A stretch of 64,000 bases of DNA from Vulcanimicrobiota bacterium (GCA_963695225.1 OY968762.1:1120001-1184000); one strand, 5' to 3'. Positions 1-10,222 are shown, numbered from the stretch's first letter. The notes: generated by a model not told the origin, from the sequence alone. Numbers and translations: made by a program.

Positions 1-1051
1 CGTCAAGAAGGCCCTCGACCGCGTGCACTCCGGAAAGACCGAAGACCGCGTAACCGCGATCGCCGACGCGCTCGATGACGGCGGCCTCTTCATCATCGCG
101 CAAGATCTGTATCTCACCAAGACGGCTGAGCGGGCGCACGTCGTCTTTCCGGCAGCCGCGTGGGGCGAGTCCCCAATCACATCGATCAACGGCGAGCGCC
201 GGCTGCGACTCTACGAGCAATTCCAAGATCCGCCCGGTGAAGGCAGGCCGGATTGGGCGATCATGGGTGCCGTCGCGCAGCGCCTCCATCAACTCTATGC
301 GGCCGAGGGCAACAGTGCGATGGCAGCGCGGTTCGACGGCTTCGGTTGGAAGAGCGCCGAAGAAGTATTTCTTGAAGGTGGGCGTTCGTTTCCGCCGGTC
401 AAGGGTGATCCGGACTACAAGAAGCCGGGGCCGATCGAGAGCTACAGCGGCGTCACATACGGAATGTTGCGCGAGCTGGGGCACGACGGCGTTCAAACGC
501 CCGTGCAGCACGTCGGAGGCAAGGTCGTCGGAACCGTTCGCCTCTTCACGAACGGCGACCCTTTCCGCACCGAATCCGGCAAGGCCACGTTCAAGGGATT
601 CAAGTGGCCCGGCTATCCTGCTGAAGTGAAGGCACAGCTCGACAAGTATCCGTTCTTCTTCACGAACGGCCGTCTCAACGTCGCTTGGCAGACGATGTAT
701 AACGACGAGCGCATGCCCTTTCAGAACGAGCGCGTCCCGATGGCGTGGCTCGAAATCAATCCGGAAGACGCGCGCAATCTCACGATCGAGAGCGGCGACC
801 TCGTAGAGGTTTACAACGATTACGGGACCGCCAACGCCGCGGCGTTCGTCACGCCGTCCGTCAAGGCGGGAGTCATCTTCATGCAGTTCGCCCATCCGCG
901 GGGCACGGCGAATTCCCTGACGACGCCCTACGTCGACCCCGCGACGACGATCCCGTACTACAAAGGATCGGCTGCCGGCATCCGCAAGATCGGGACGCTA
1001 CCGTCGCTCAAAGGGCACATGACGTGGATCCCGGTGATCGAGACAGCCTAG
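1..1051 (+). CDS. aioA: Arsenite oxidase large subunit-like molybdopterin enzyme, C-terminal part (5'-truncated by window edge)
   Basis: Frame is open from position 2. Motifs TSINGERRLRL..DPPGEGRPDW, NGRLNVAWQTMYND and IPYYKGSAAGIRKIG resemble AioA. It ends in a molydopterin-binding domain (EINPEDA..GDLVEVYNDYG). An ArsR gene is adjacent. The AioA-related IdrA cannot be excluded. Confidence 0.75.
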   Translation, partial: VKKALDRVHSGKTEDRVTAIADALDDGGLFIIAQDLYLTKTAERAHVVFPAAAWGESPITSINGERRLRLYEQFQDPPGEGRPDWAIMGAVAQRLHQLYAAEGNSAMAARFDGFGWKSAEEVFLEGGRSFPPVKGDPDYKKPGPIESYSGVTYGMLRELGHDGVQTPVQHVGGKVVGTVRLFTNGDPFRTESGKATFKGFKWPGYPAEVKAQLDKYPFFFTNGRLNVAWQTMYNDERMPFQNERVPMAWLEINPEDARNLTIESGDLVEVYNDYGTANAAAFVTPSVKAGVIFMQFAHPRGTANSLTTPYVDPATTIPYYKGSAAGIRKIGTLPSLKGHMTWIPVIETA

Positions 1052-1060
1052 CAGGCCCAA

Positions 1061-1405
1061 CTACGAGCAGTCGCTCGCGCGCTTGCGGTCTCGAGAGCGC
1101 GCGAGCGCGCGCGTAAACGACGCGAGCTCCTCGAACGCGGTCCGGGTCAAGCGGTAGTACGACCATTTCCCCGATTTGCGGTCCGAGACGAAGCCCTGCT
1201 CGCGCAAGACGCGGAGGTGGTGCGAAAGCAGCGGTTGCGAGATGCCAAGCGCGTCGACGAGTTCGCAAACGCAGCATTCTCCTTCTGAGAGCATGATCAA
1301 AACGTGTAGGCGTGTCGGGTCGCCGAGCACTCGAAGCGCCGCTGCAAGCGCCTCTCGACGCTGAGCGGCCGTCGCCCGATTCTCTACCGCTGCATGCGTC
1401 ACCAT
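1061..1405 (-). CDS. ArsR/SmtB family transcriptional regulator
   Basis: LGDPTRLHVL..ECCVCEL..ISQPLLSHHLRVLREQGFV..RKSGKWSYYRL. ATG at 1405 preferred over the ORF-track start at 1447. Confidence 0.9.
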   Translation of the reverse strand: MVTHAAVENRATAAQRREALAAALRVLGDPTRLHVLIMLSEGECCVCELVDALGISQPLLSHHLRVLREQGFVSDRKSGKWSYYRLTRTAFEELASFTRALARSRDRKRASDCS

Positions 1406-1710
1406 AGCTCTCGCTTCGCCTAAGGCAGGAAGCCGCCATCCCTCCATAGGTCGAGAGGGGACACCTCTGGGGGTGATCGTCGCCGGAGAGGTTCAAGTAA
1501 CGTCGGAAAGGCGACGCTCACCGCCTCGCGTTCTAGATTCTGGGAGACGGCCGAAGCTGCCCGACCATCGGAGTTGGGCGGGCGGCGGGCGGAAGGCTGA
1601 ATGCGTCGCTGCGTCGTCGAAGCGACCTCCCCCCACGACTGTGACCCGTTCCGAGGGCGCCCGATAACGGCGACCCCCTCCTCACGCCTGCCCATGACGG
1701 AGGATCCAGC

Positions 1711-4011
1711 ATGTTCTATCCCGGCCTTGCGTGGCGAATGTGGAGCGCTTGGGCGGACGCCCTTCGGCCTGGCCCTGCGGCCGGGAGCTCCGCCGGTCGA
1801 AACAACGGCGCGGCGCCGAAGGTCGCGCCGCCGCCCTCGGCCGGCTTGGCCGCCGAAGCCTGGGAATACTGGTACGATCGCGTGCAACGGTCGTGGCTGT
1901 TGTTGGACGTGCTGCGCGAACGCGGGAACGCGAAGCTCGAGCATGAGCAACAGGGCAAGCCTGCGCTCCTGACGTTCGAATACGAGACGGTGTTGGACGG
2001 AAGAACGCTCGACCGCCCGGCCAACTATGCGTTGCTGCGGATCGCGCCGCGCCCCGGGGTGCAGACCGATGCGAAGAAGCGGCCGTACGTGATCGTCGAT
2101 CCGCGCGCGGGACACGGCCCCGGCGTCGGCGGTTTCAAAGAGGATAGCCAGATCGGGATGGCGCTGCGCGCCGGCCATCCCTGCTATTTTCTGACGTTCT
2201 ATCCCGATCCGGTCCCGGGGCAGACGATCGCCGACGTGCATCACGTCGAGACGATCTTCATGCGCACCGTGCGCGACCTCCATCCCGATGCAAACAAACC
2301 AGTCGTGATCGGCAACTGCCAAGCGGGCTGGGCCGTCGCGATCCTGTGCGCGGGTGCGCCCGACGTCTTCGGGCCGATCATCTTGGCCGGTGCACCGCTC
2401 TCCTATTGGGCCGGGGCGGACGGCGACGGTCCGCTCCGCTTCGCGGGCGGCCTGACGGGCGGGACGTGGCTGACGTCGCTCGCAGGCGATCTCGGAAACG
2501 GACGCTTCGACGGCGCGAATCTCGTTGCGAACTTCGAGAACCTCAACCCGGCAAACACGTTGTGGAGCAAGACGTACAACTTGTTTCGCAAGATCGATAC
2601 GGAGGCCGAGCGCTATCTGCAGTTCGAGCGCTGGTGGGGCGGCTTCTTCTTCGTCAACACCGAGGAGATGCGTTTCATCGCGAACGAGTTGTTCGTCAGC
2701 AACAAGCTCGCGCAAGGGCGGCTCACGCAGGAGCCGGGCCAAGATCCCGTCGACCTGCGGAACATCCGCTCGCCGATCGTCGTATTCTGCTCGTGGGGCG
2801 ACAACATCACGCCGCCCTATCAAGCGCTGCACTGGATCCTCGACGTCTATCCGACCGACGAAGATCTGCTCGCGAACGAACAGACGATCATCTACATGCT
2901 GCACGATACGATCGGGCATCTCGGCATTTTCGTCTCGGGTGAGGTCGCGCGCAAGGAGCACGCGGAGGTGATCCGCACGCTCGAGATGGTCGAGATGCTC
3001 CCGGCGGGCCTCTACGAGATGACGATCCGCGATAAGGAGCCGGGGCATCCCGCCGACGAGCTGATCGCGGGACGCTATCGCGTAAAGTTCGAGGAGCGCA
3101 AGCTCGACGACATCCGCAAGATGGGCGGCGTGCTGCAGAACGAAAAGCTCTTCGAGACCGCGGCGCGCGTTTCGCAGTTCAACGAAGCGCTCTATCGGAA
3201 CTACGTCTCGCCCTGGGTGCGTATGTGGACGAACGAAGCGACTGCGGAGTTCGTGCGCGCCATGCATCCCGGACGAGTCCGCCAATACATCTTCTCCGAC
3301 CGTCTCAACCCCGCGATGGCCCCCGTCGAATCCATCGCCGAGTCGATTCGCAAGAATCGCCGGCCCGCCGCCGCCGACAACGTGTTCGTCGCACTCGAGC
3401 AGACGTTCTCCGACGGGATCGTCGCCTGGCTCAACCTCTACCGCGACCTGCGCGACCAGACGCAAGAGCAAATGTTCAAAGCCTTCTACGGCCAGCCGCT
3501 TCTGCAGAAGGCCTTCGGAGTCGACGCCGAACCGGCGGGCCACAGCGAAGAAGCGGAACGGAGGGAAGAGGCCGAACGGCGCGCGCGCATGGCCGAGCGG
3601 ATCGAGGCGCTCAAGGCGCGCGATCTCGAAGGCGGAACGCTCGAAGCGTTCGTGCGGATCTGCGCGTACGTACACAAAGGGCAACCGGCCGCCGAAGAGC
3701 GCGGTTTCCGCGCGCTGGCACAAATCTATGCGGAGCTGCACGAGGACACGCGCAAGACGCTCGTCGAGTTCAAGGACGCGGTACGCGAGCAGACGTTCCT
3801 CGTGCGCCTCGACGAAGAGCGGGCGCTGGAGACGCTCCCGTTCCTCCTCCGCGACGACGAACACCGGCTTGCGACGATGCACGCCGTTCGGCGCATGGAG
3901 AACGCGATGGGTCCCGTCGACGCGGAGCACGAGGCCCGCATCCGCCGCGTCGAGGAAGTCCTCGCCGTACCGTTGACTGCCGCTGACGCCACACTCGAAG
4001 GCGATCCCTAA
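1711..4011 (+). CDS. DUF3141 alpha/beta-hydrolase (PHA synthase-like) protein
   Basis: DPRAGHGPGVGGFK, GNCQAGW nucleophile elbow, SWGDNITPP, GHLGIFVSG. Confidence 0.85.
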   Translation: MFYPGLAWRMWSAWADALRPGPAAGSSAGRNNGAAPKVAPPPSAGLAAEAWEYWYDRVQRSWLLLDVLRERGNAKLEHEQQGKPALLTFEYETVLDGRTLDRPANYALLRIAPRPGVQTDAKKRPYVIVDPRAGHGPGVGGFKEDSQIGMALRAGHPCYFLTFYPDPVPGQTIADVHHVETIFMRTVRDLHPDANKPVVIGNCQAGWAVAILCAGAPDVFGPIILAGAPLSYWAGADGDGPLRFAGGLTGGTWLTSLAGDLGNGRFDGANLVANFENLNPANTLWSKTYNLFRKIDTEAERYLQFERWWGGFFFVNTEEMRFIANELFVSNKLAQGRLTQEPGQDPVDLRNIRSPIVVFCSWGDNITPPYQALHWILDVYPTDEDLLANEQTIIYMLHDTIGHLGIFVSGEVARKEHAEVIRTLEMVEMLPAGLYEMTIRDKEPGHPADELIAGRYRVKFEERKLDDIRKMGGVLQNEKLFETAARVSQFNEALYRNYVSPWVRMWTNEATAEFVRAMHPGRVRQYIFSDRLNPAMAPVESIAESIRKNRRPAAADNVFVALEQTFSDGIVAWLNLYRDLRDQTQEQMFKAFYGQPLLQKAFGVDAEPAGHSEEAERREEAERRARMAERIEALKARDLEGGTLEAFVRICAYVHKGQPAAEERGFRALAQIYAELHEDTRKTLVEFKDAVREQTFLVRLDEERALETLPFLLRDDEHRLATMHAVRRMENAMGPVDAEHEARIRRVEEVLAVPLTAADATLEGDP

Positions 4012-4030
4012 GGGGTTCCGCGGCTTCGAT

Positions 4031-4747
4031 ATGCCAGAGGAAGAACAACCGGCGGCCTTCTCGGCCCTGGACGATCCGATTTGGAATGCGCTCACCTCCG
4101 CACATCGATCGATGGCACGGGCGAAAGGCCGCGCGCTCCGATACGCGCCGGACGTATCGCCGTTGGCTGCGCTACGCGACCTTTCCGAGGACGCGTTCGA
4201 CGACTTGCGCGCCCTGGCCCAAGCCGGCGAGGAACTCGCGCTCTTCACGATCGAGCCGGTGAACGTGCCGCCCGGCTGGCAGATCGTGCGGGAGCGCTTC
4301 ATCGACCAGATGGTCTGCACCGAACTCGCGCCGTTCGATTCACCGCCGCTCCTCGCGTTACGGGACGACGACGTGCCCGAGATGCTGGCCCTCGCCGCCG
4401 CCACCCAGCCCGGGCCGTTCCTCTCCGGAACCATTCGGATGGGGCAGTACTTCGGCATCCGTTCCGCCGACGGGCGGTTGGTGGCGATGACGGGGCAACG
4501 GCTTGCCCTCAGCGGCTTCACCGAGATCAGCGCGGTCTGCACGGACCCCGATTTCCGCGGCCGCGGCTTCGCGCGATCGCTGATCTCCAGGCTCGCCGCC
4601 CGCGTGCTCGGCGAAGGCAAGATCCCGTTTCTCCACGTGAAGACCGAAAACGCCGCCAAGATCGTCTACGAAAAGCTCGGCTTTCGCGTCCGCCGCCCGA
4701 TCCGCTTCACGCTGATCGCGCCGCGTAACGGCACGCCGCCCCCGTAA
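4031..4747 (+). CDS. GNAT acetyltransferase (FR47-like)
   Basis: LDDPIWNAL N-terminus; EISAVCTDPDFRGRGFA acetyl-CoA motif; FLHV..N..VYEKLGF. Confidence 0.9.
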   Translation: MPEEEQPAAFSALDDPIWNALTSAHRSMARAKGRALRYAPDVSPLAALRDLSEDAFDDLRALAQAGEELALFTIEPVNVPPGWQIVRERFIDQMVCTELAPFDSPPLLALRDDDVPEMLALAAATQPGPFLSGTIRMGQYFGIRSADGRLVAMTGQRLALSGFTEISAVCTDPDFRGRGFARSLISRLAARVLGEGKIPFLHVKTENAAKIVYEKLGFRVRRPIRFTLIAPRNGTPPP

Positions 4748-4749
4748 CC

Positions 4750-6276
4750 TCACGCCTCACGGCTCGTCTTCCGGACGAAGCTCAGAACGAGCTTGGGGCA
4801 GAGGCTGCGCGCGGCGGCGAGGCCGGAGAGCGTCGCTCCGACGGTGCTTTGCCCCGGGAAGGCGGTATCGCCGCAGAGCAGCAAACCGGCGACCGGCGTG
4901 CGCTGCGTGAGCGCGCCGAAGTTCGCTGCCGCCGGCGTTTGCGGCACGCCGCCGACGCATCCGCGCAGGCGGCCCGTATAATGCGCGAACGTGAGCGGCG
5001 TTGCGGGCTCGATGAGTTCCGCGCGGCGGCTCGCACCGGGGACGACCGCGTCGAGCGCTTCCAACAGCCGCTCCGCATATTCGCTTCGAAGCGCGGCGAG
5101 CTCGCCGGTCTGCGCGGCGCGCTCCCAGCGCGCCGCATCCGTGTGGGTCGAGATCGTCACGGCGCGCCCGCCGCCGCGTGCGCGGCGCAACTCGCCGGGG
5201 GCCGAAAATGAGAGGAACGCCGTGTTCCCTTCGCCGAGCGGCGCGTCGTAACGGCCCATGCGCTGATGGTGAAACGGCAAGTCGTCCGGAACGACGCCGG
5301 GGGGAAGGCCCACGTACAGCATGAACGCGCCCCAGCGTTGCGAGAGCGCGGCCACCCGGCCACGATACCGGTTCGAAGCGCCGCCGCCTTCGCGCAACGC
5401 GGGGGTCAGCGCGACGAGATTCTGCACGGGAAGCGCGCCGATGACCGAGGCGCAGCGGATGCGCCGGCCTTCCGCCGTTACGACACCGGTGACGCGCCCG
5501 CGCTCGCTCTCGATCGCGCTGCATTCGACGCCGTACCGGATCGCGCAACCGCTCTTGCGGACCGAACGGGCAAGCGCGATCGCGATCGACGCGATCCCGT
5601 CTTCGAGGTGGAACGTGCCTTCGCGTGCGAGATCGAGCGCCGTCGCACCGTACGCGAGATCGGCGCGCGTTGCGTCGACCTGCGCCGTGATCAGAAGGTG
5701 CGCATCGACGAACGCGCGCAGTCGCGGGGAAGCCTCCGGCGGGAGCAGGGAGCCGAGCGTGCGGCCCAACGTGCGCACGAGCGGAACGTGCCGCAACCGA
5801 AACGCTCGCGCGAGCGCGGCCAGGCTCGGCGCGTCGGCCGGCAAGCCGGGAAACCCAGCCGAGAAATCCCACGCGAGGTTCGCGATGCGTTCCTGAGCGG
5901 CCCAGAAAGGCTCCGCACCCGGTCCGAACGCACGAACGCGCTCCGCGTGCCAGCGCGCATCGCCGTAGCGCACGATCGTTGCGTCCGGGAGGTGGACCAC
6001 CATCGCCGGTTCGACCGGCTCCGCCGGAACGTCGAGGCCGAGGTGTTCGAAAACCCGCCGGTGCGCCCCGCGCGCTCCGAAGCCCCCGACGAGCGTCGCG
6101 CCGACGTCGAAGCGAAATCCTCCGCGCTGATAGAACGACGCGCAGCCGCCGGCCAGCGTATGCCGCTCGAGTACGAGCACCTTCGCACCCTCGTGCGCAA
6201 GCAATGCCGCAGCGGTCAGGCCCGAAACGCCGGCCCCGATGACGACGCAATCGTAGTTTCCGTTCGCGCGATCCAC
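4750..6276 (-). CDS. FAD-dependent carotenoid desaturase, C-3',4' desaturase CrtD-like (phytoene desaturase family)
   Basis: VIGAGVSG FAD motif, GGCASFYQRGGFRFDVGAT, YGATAL, C-terminal CGDTAFPGQST. Start taken as GTG 6276, since the ORF-track extension to 6618 overlaps the divergent gene. Confidence 0.75.
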   Translation of the reverse strand: MDRANGNYDCVVIGAGVSGLTAAALLAHEGAKVLVLERHTLAGGCASFYQRGGFRFDVGATLVGGFGARGAHRRVFEHLGLDVPAEPVEPAMVVHLPDATIVRYGDARWHAERVRAFGPGAEPFWAAQERIANLAWDFSAGFPGLPADAPSLAALARAFRLRHVPLVRTLGRTLGSLLPPEASPRLRAFVDAHLLITAQVDATRADLAYGATALDLAREGTFHLEDGIASIAIALARSVRKSGCAIRYGVECSAIESERGRVTGVVTAEGRRIRCASVIGALPVQNLVALTPALREGGGASNRYRGRVAALSQRWGAFMLYVGLPPGVVPDDLPFHHQRMGRYDAPLGEGNTAFLSFSAPGELRRARGGGRAVTISTHTDAARWERAAQTGELAALRSEYAERLLEALDAVVPGASRRAELIEPATPLTFAHYTGRLRGCVGGVPQTPAAANFGALTQRTPVAGLLLCGDTAFPGQSTVGATLSGLAAARSLCPKLVLSFVRKTSREA

Positions 6277-6541
6277 TCCAAACGTCAGACGTCGCTGCCC
6301 TCCCTTTCGAGCCCATTGCTCCTCCGGCGCGCCGAATTCGTTGCTGGTGTTTCGCGCGGTCCGTGCCGATACCGTAGGTATCCCGGCTCTTGCTTCAACG
6401 TGGTCGCCGGGCCCGGTCAGATTCCGAACCGTGTCCGGCGAGTCTCCAGCGAGGATCCGGCGAATTTCGAACGGGGAAATACGCACTAGCCCCTCCGGTT
6501 CAAGGCACTTGAAAGCCCCCGCGCTCAAAGGAGCGATCATC

Positions 6542-7012
6542 ATGAATAAGTTCGCGCCCGCGTTGATCGCGGTCGCCCTCGCCGTAGCCCCGCTCGCCGC
6601 CCTCGCCGATTCGGACATGGTTTCGAACGTCTGTAAGGGCGACTCGACGGGAACCTGCCATTACAGCTACATCCCCGGTGAAAACAGCACCGACGTCACG
6701 GACCACACGTTCACGATCCACGTCAAGGGGCCGAGCCCCGTCACCTCGATTCGCGTCGATCGTAAGACATCGGACGATAGCTACAACTGGGGCGGAAACT
6801 TCCTCGAGCCGCCGTGCGGCAACCAAGCGTGCAACAGCGTCCCCGTCGGCGAAGACTTCAAGATCTACTTCGGCTACGAAGATCAGCCGGGCGTCCGTCA
6901 CTTCGGGGACTGCATGCAATACATCCAAGTGAAATTCGGCAACGGGCAGTCCCATTACGACATCATCTACATGGACACGTGCAAACACAGCGGCGTGGAC
7001 GTCGCACGCTGA
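6542..7012 (+). CDS. Secreted hypothetical protein, 6 Cys
   Basis: AAAGGAG RBS then ATG 6542; signal peptide MNKFAPALIAVALAVAPLAALA; strongly C/G-ending codons. Confidence 0.75.
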   Translation: MNKFAPALIAVALAVAPLAALADSDMVSNVCKGDSTGTCHYSYIPGENSTDVTDHTFTIHVKGPSPVTSIRVDRKTSDDSYNWGGNFLEPPCGNQACNSVPVGEDFKIYFGYEDQPGVRHFGDCMQYIQVKFGNGQSHYDIIYMDTCKHSGVDVAR

Positions 7013-7077
7013 CGTCCTCAACGCCTCGCCTCTTCGTCACGTCGGCGCCGGCGTCGCGACGTCTCTCGCGGCGGCGC

Positions 7078-8508
7078 CTATCGCGCGCGCCGGGGATCCC
7101 TCGCGACGTCGTGGTTATAGGTCCCGCCGTGGGCCGCCGTCATAGCGTGAGCGACCGGGTGCGTCTCGAAATACTCGAGACAGCGACGAAGATCCGCGAC
7201 TAGGAGATCCGCCATGTCCCGGCTGAGGCCGTGGCGCACGAGGATGCGCATGACGACGACGTCTTCGATGTCGGGGACCATCGTGTACGCGGCGACCTGC
7301 CAGCCGCGGGCGCGCAGCCGGTCGGAGAGATCGAAGAGCGAGTAGCCGGCCTGGGCGCCCCGGCGCAACGTCCACGAAACGGCGGGTATGCCGTGCAGGC
7401 TGTCGCCGTTGAAAATGAGCTCGAACGGCCCGAGCGCCGCGATCTCGCGCGCGAGATACCGCGCCGTATCGTAGCACGCTTGGTGGATGAGCCGGTATCC
7501 TTCCTTTCCCAAGCGCAACATCAGATAATACTGGCAAACGATCTGGCCGCCGGGGCGCGAGAAGTTGAGTGCGAAGGTCGGCATGTCGCCGCCCAGGTAG
7601 TTGACGCGAAACACGAGATCGTCCGGCAAATCGTGCGCTTCGCGCCACAGGATCCAACCGACGCCCAGCGGCGCCAGCCCGTACTTATGCCCGGACGTGT
7701 TGATCGATTTGACGCGCGGAATGCGGAAGTCCCATTCCAACTCCGGATGGACGAACGGCGCGATGAACCCGCCCGAGGCCGCATCGACGTGAATCGGCAC
7801 GTCGAGGCCGGTCTCGCGCTCGAGCTTGTCGAGCGCCGCCGCGATCTCGGCGACGGGCTCGTACCGGCAGGTGAACGTCACGCCGAGCGTTGGGACGACG
7901 CCGATCGTATTCTCGTCGACGCGCGAGAGCGCTTCCGCGGGCGTCAATCCCAAGCGGTCGTGCGCGAGCGGCACTTCGCGCAATTCAACGTCGAAATAGC
8001 GCGCGAACTTGTGCCAGCACACTTGAACGGGCCCGGTGACGAGGTTCGGCCGATCCGCCGGCCTGCCGGCCTTCGCCTGCCGCGCCCGCCAGCGCCACTT
8101 CATCGCCAGGCCGCCCAGCATCGCGGCTTCGCTCGAGCCCGTCGTCGAACAGCCGATCGTCGTCGCGGCCGCGGGTGACTGCCAGAGATCGGCCAGCATG
8201 CGAACGCACTTGTTCTCGAGTTCCGCGGTCGCGGGATACTCGTCTTTGTCGATCATGTTCTTGTCGATGCTTTGATCCATCAGCTTGTGGATCTCGTCGT
8301 CGAACCACGTCTGGCAGAACGTCGCGAGATTCTGCCGCGCGTTCCCGTCGAGCATCAATTCGTCGTAGACGATGTGGTACGCAACGTCGGGGCGCAGGCC
8401 CTCGGCCGGCATCCGGCCCTTCGGCAAGGAGACGTGCATCGCACGCGTCGCGTAGACGTCGGTGTCCGATCCGTCCGGATGTGGCAGTCTCTTCCGATGA
8501 AGTGGCAT
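7078..8508 (-). CDS. gadB: Glutamate decarboxylase
   Basis: [44 protein letters not shown] (PLP lysine), NFSRPGGQ. Confidence 0.95.
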   Translation of the reverse strand: MPLHRKRLPHPDGSDTDVYATRAMHVSLPKGRMPAEGLRPDVAYHIVYDELMLDGNARQNLATFCQTWFDDEIHKLMDQSIDKNMIDKDEYPATAELENKCVRMLADLWQSPAAATTIGCSTTGSSEAAMLGGLAMKWRWRARQAKAGRPADRPNLVTGPVQVCWHKFARYFDVELREVPLAHDRLGLTPAEALSRVDENTIGVVPTLGVTFTCRYEPVAEIAAALDKLERETGLDVPIHVDAASGGFIAPFVHPELEWDFRIPRVKSINTSGHKYGLAPLGVGWILWREAHDLPDDLVFRVNYLGGDMPTFALNFSRPGGQIVCQYYLMLRLGKEGYRLIHQACYDTARYLAREIAALGPFELIFNGDSLHGIPAVSWTLRRGAQAGYSLFDLSDRLRARGWQVAAYTMVPDIEDVVVMRILVRHGLSRDMADLLVADLRRCLEYFETHPVAHAMTAAHGGTYNHDVARDPRRAR

Positions 8509-8602
8509 CCTCCAACCTCCACGCTGCGCCCTTCGCCAAGCGCGTCACGATACCGCCGGCGTCAAGCCGGAGCCGGCTCGCGGCGGGCTCGGCCCTCGGC
8601 GC

Positions 8603-10222
8603 TCAGCCGGGGCTCAACGGCGCCTCGAGCGGGCGCGAGCGGTGCATCAGCAGCCAATCGGCGTTTTCGTACACTGCCTCTTTCCCCAGTTCGCGCATGA
8701 GCGCCGTGCGGAGGGTGGGATGCTCGTCCCAATCCCTCCGCGCGGTTTCGAACAAACGCGCCATCCGCGTCGTCTGCCGTGCCTCGTCTTGTATGCCCGT
8801 TTGGTCGATCCAGGAAAGAATGATGCCGGCAAACGCCGGCGCCACGGCCATCGCAAACACCAGCGCGTGCTCGAAGCCCGGCGGCGCTTCGAAGTATACG
8901 GCGAAGGCCGTCCCCGCCGCCGTCACGAGGCCGATGCTGTAGAGGAGGCGCGCGAGCGCTCGCAGACGCTTGACGACGAGCGTCCGGCGCACGGCTGCGG
9001 CTTGGAAATAGGCGGATTGCTCGGCGATCCACCTGCGCGCCGCAGGATACTCTTCGGGGCGGCCCGGCGCGGTGCGCGCCGCGCGGCGCGCGGCGAGCGT
9101 CGCCGCGACGTCGGCATCCGTCGCATAACCTCGCAACACGAGACGGATCCAATGCAGTTCGCCCGCGTGTTTGCGCAGATACGAATCTTCGACGGAATGC
9201 GACAGGCCGCTCGAGAGCCAAACGTGCTGGATGCGAAGCGCCTCCGCCAACGCGCGATATTCGAAGAAGCGCTTCTCGACGTGCGCCTTGCGCTGCCACG
9301 TCCAGACGGCGGCGCCGACGACCAGCGCCGCGAAATAGATCATCAGGACGACGGGCGTTCGCGCCAATTCGGCGTAGATGCCGAACGAGAGTACGAGCAC
9401 CGAGACCAAACACGCGAGGACGTTCCGTGTGCGCGCCAGCAAGCGATGATAGTGGATCGCGAGCGCGTCCGCCCGGTCTCGCGCGTCGGCCAACGGGTCT
9501 TGCCGGCTGGGTGAAACGTCCGGATGCGCGTTGTACACGTCGATGTCCCGCAGCGCGTCGGAGTACGGCTCGACGCTCTCCGCGGCGATGAAGCCCTCGA
9601 CGGGCAGCGGGGTCGCGGGATCCGTCTCGCTCGCGGCGGGGATCACGTAGATCAGGCCGAGTTCGATCGGATCCAGCCGCTCGGCGTCGGCGCGCAACTT
9701 TCCGGTGAGCTTCGCCCGGATCGTCCACGCCGTGCCGCCGAGCGCCGGACTCTCGACGCCGTTCCAGATCGCGAGCAACAGTTGCGTGCGAACCGCAAGG
9801 AAGTCGCCGAGCGCGGCGTACTGCTCTTGCGCCCGGATGCCGGTACGCTGCGGATCGGACGTGATGTGCTCGTCTTTGGTGCCGGAGAGGAGCGGGAGTT
9901 CGATGACGCGATCGGCGCGGGCGAGGATTTCGCGAAACTGCGGCAGCGCGGGGCCCGGAAACTCGGCTTCGTACAATTGAAGCGGCATCGGAAGAACCGC
10001 CACGAGCGAGATCCCGCGGGCGATCGCCGCCTCGGCCGCGAGTTGATCGGCCCCCTGTGCAAGGCCGCTGTAGAGGACCAGCGTCGTGTTGGGGTAGCGC
10101 TCCCGCAAGCGCTCGAAGAACCGCTCGACGCGCGAACGAACGTCCGCGACGTTCTCGGCGGCTCCCAGATCGCGATGGCCGCTGACCCCGATGAGCAGTG
10201 GTATTCCGGACGCCGACTTCAC
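8603..10222 (-). CDS. SLOG (SMF/DprA-LOG) domain fused to four TM helices (two SLATT-like 2TM modules)
   Basis: N-terminus has IGVSGHRDL, SGLAQGADQL, VAVLP and LLAIWNG..GGTAW. C-terminus has two hydrophobic hairpins, followed by FFEYRALAEALR and EAVYENADW. GGAGG RBS before GTG 10222. Confidence 0.7.
   Translation of the reverse strand: MKSASGIPLLIGVSGHRDLGAAENVADVRSRVERFFERLRERYPNTTLVLYSGLAQGADQLAAEAAIARGISLVAVLPMPLQLYEAEFPGPALPQFREILARADRVIELPLLSGTKDEHITSDPQRTGIRAQEQYAALGDFLAVRTQLLLAIWNGVESPALGGTAWTIRAKLTGKLRADAERLDPIELGLIYVIPAASETDPATPLPVEGFIAAESVEPYSDALRDIDVYNAHPDVSPSRQDPLADARDRADALAIHYHRLLARTRNVLACLVSVLVLSFGIYAELARTPVVLMIYFAALVVGAAVWTWQRKAHVEKRFFEYRALAEALRIQHVWLSSGLSHSVEDSYLRKHAGELHWIRLVLRGYATDADVAATLAARRAARTAPGRPEEYPAARRWIAEQSAYFQAAAVRRTLVVKRLRALARLLYSIGLVTAAGTAFAVYFEAPPGFEHALVFAMAVAPAFAGIILSWIDQTGIQDEARQTTRMARLFETARRDWDEHPTLRTALMRELGKEAVYENADWLLMHRSRPLEAPLSPG

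Noticed and set aside
1448..1710. Possible riboswitch upstream of arsR or DUF3141
   Set aside because: Only short GC hairpins; no match to the fluoride or other aptamer consensus I know.
1420..4659. 1079-aa minus-strand ORF, and similar long ORFs such as 13015-15147, 10831-12900, 24248-26239, 31114-32811 and 50490-52154
   Set aside because: These are antisense or off-frame shadows of well-supported genes in high-GC DNA; they are Arg/Ala-rich with no motifs.
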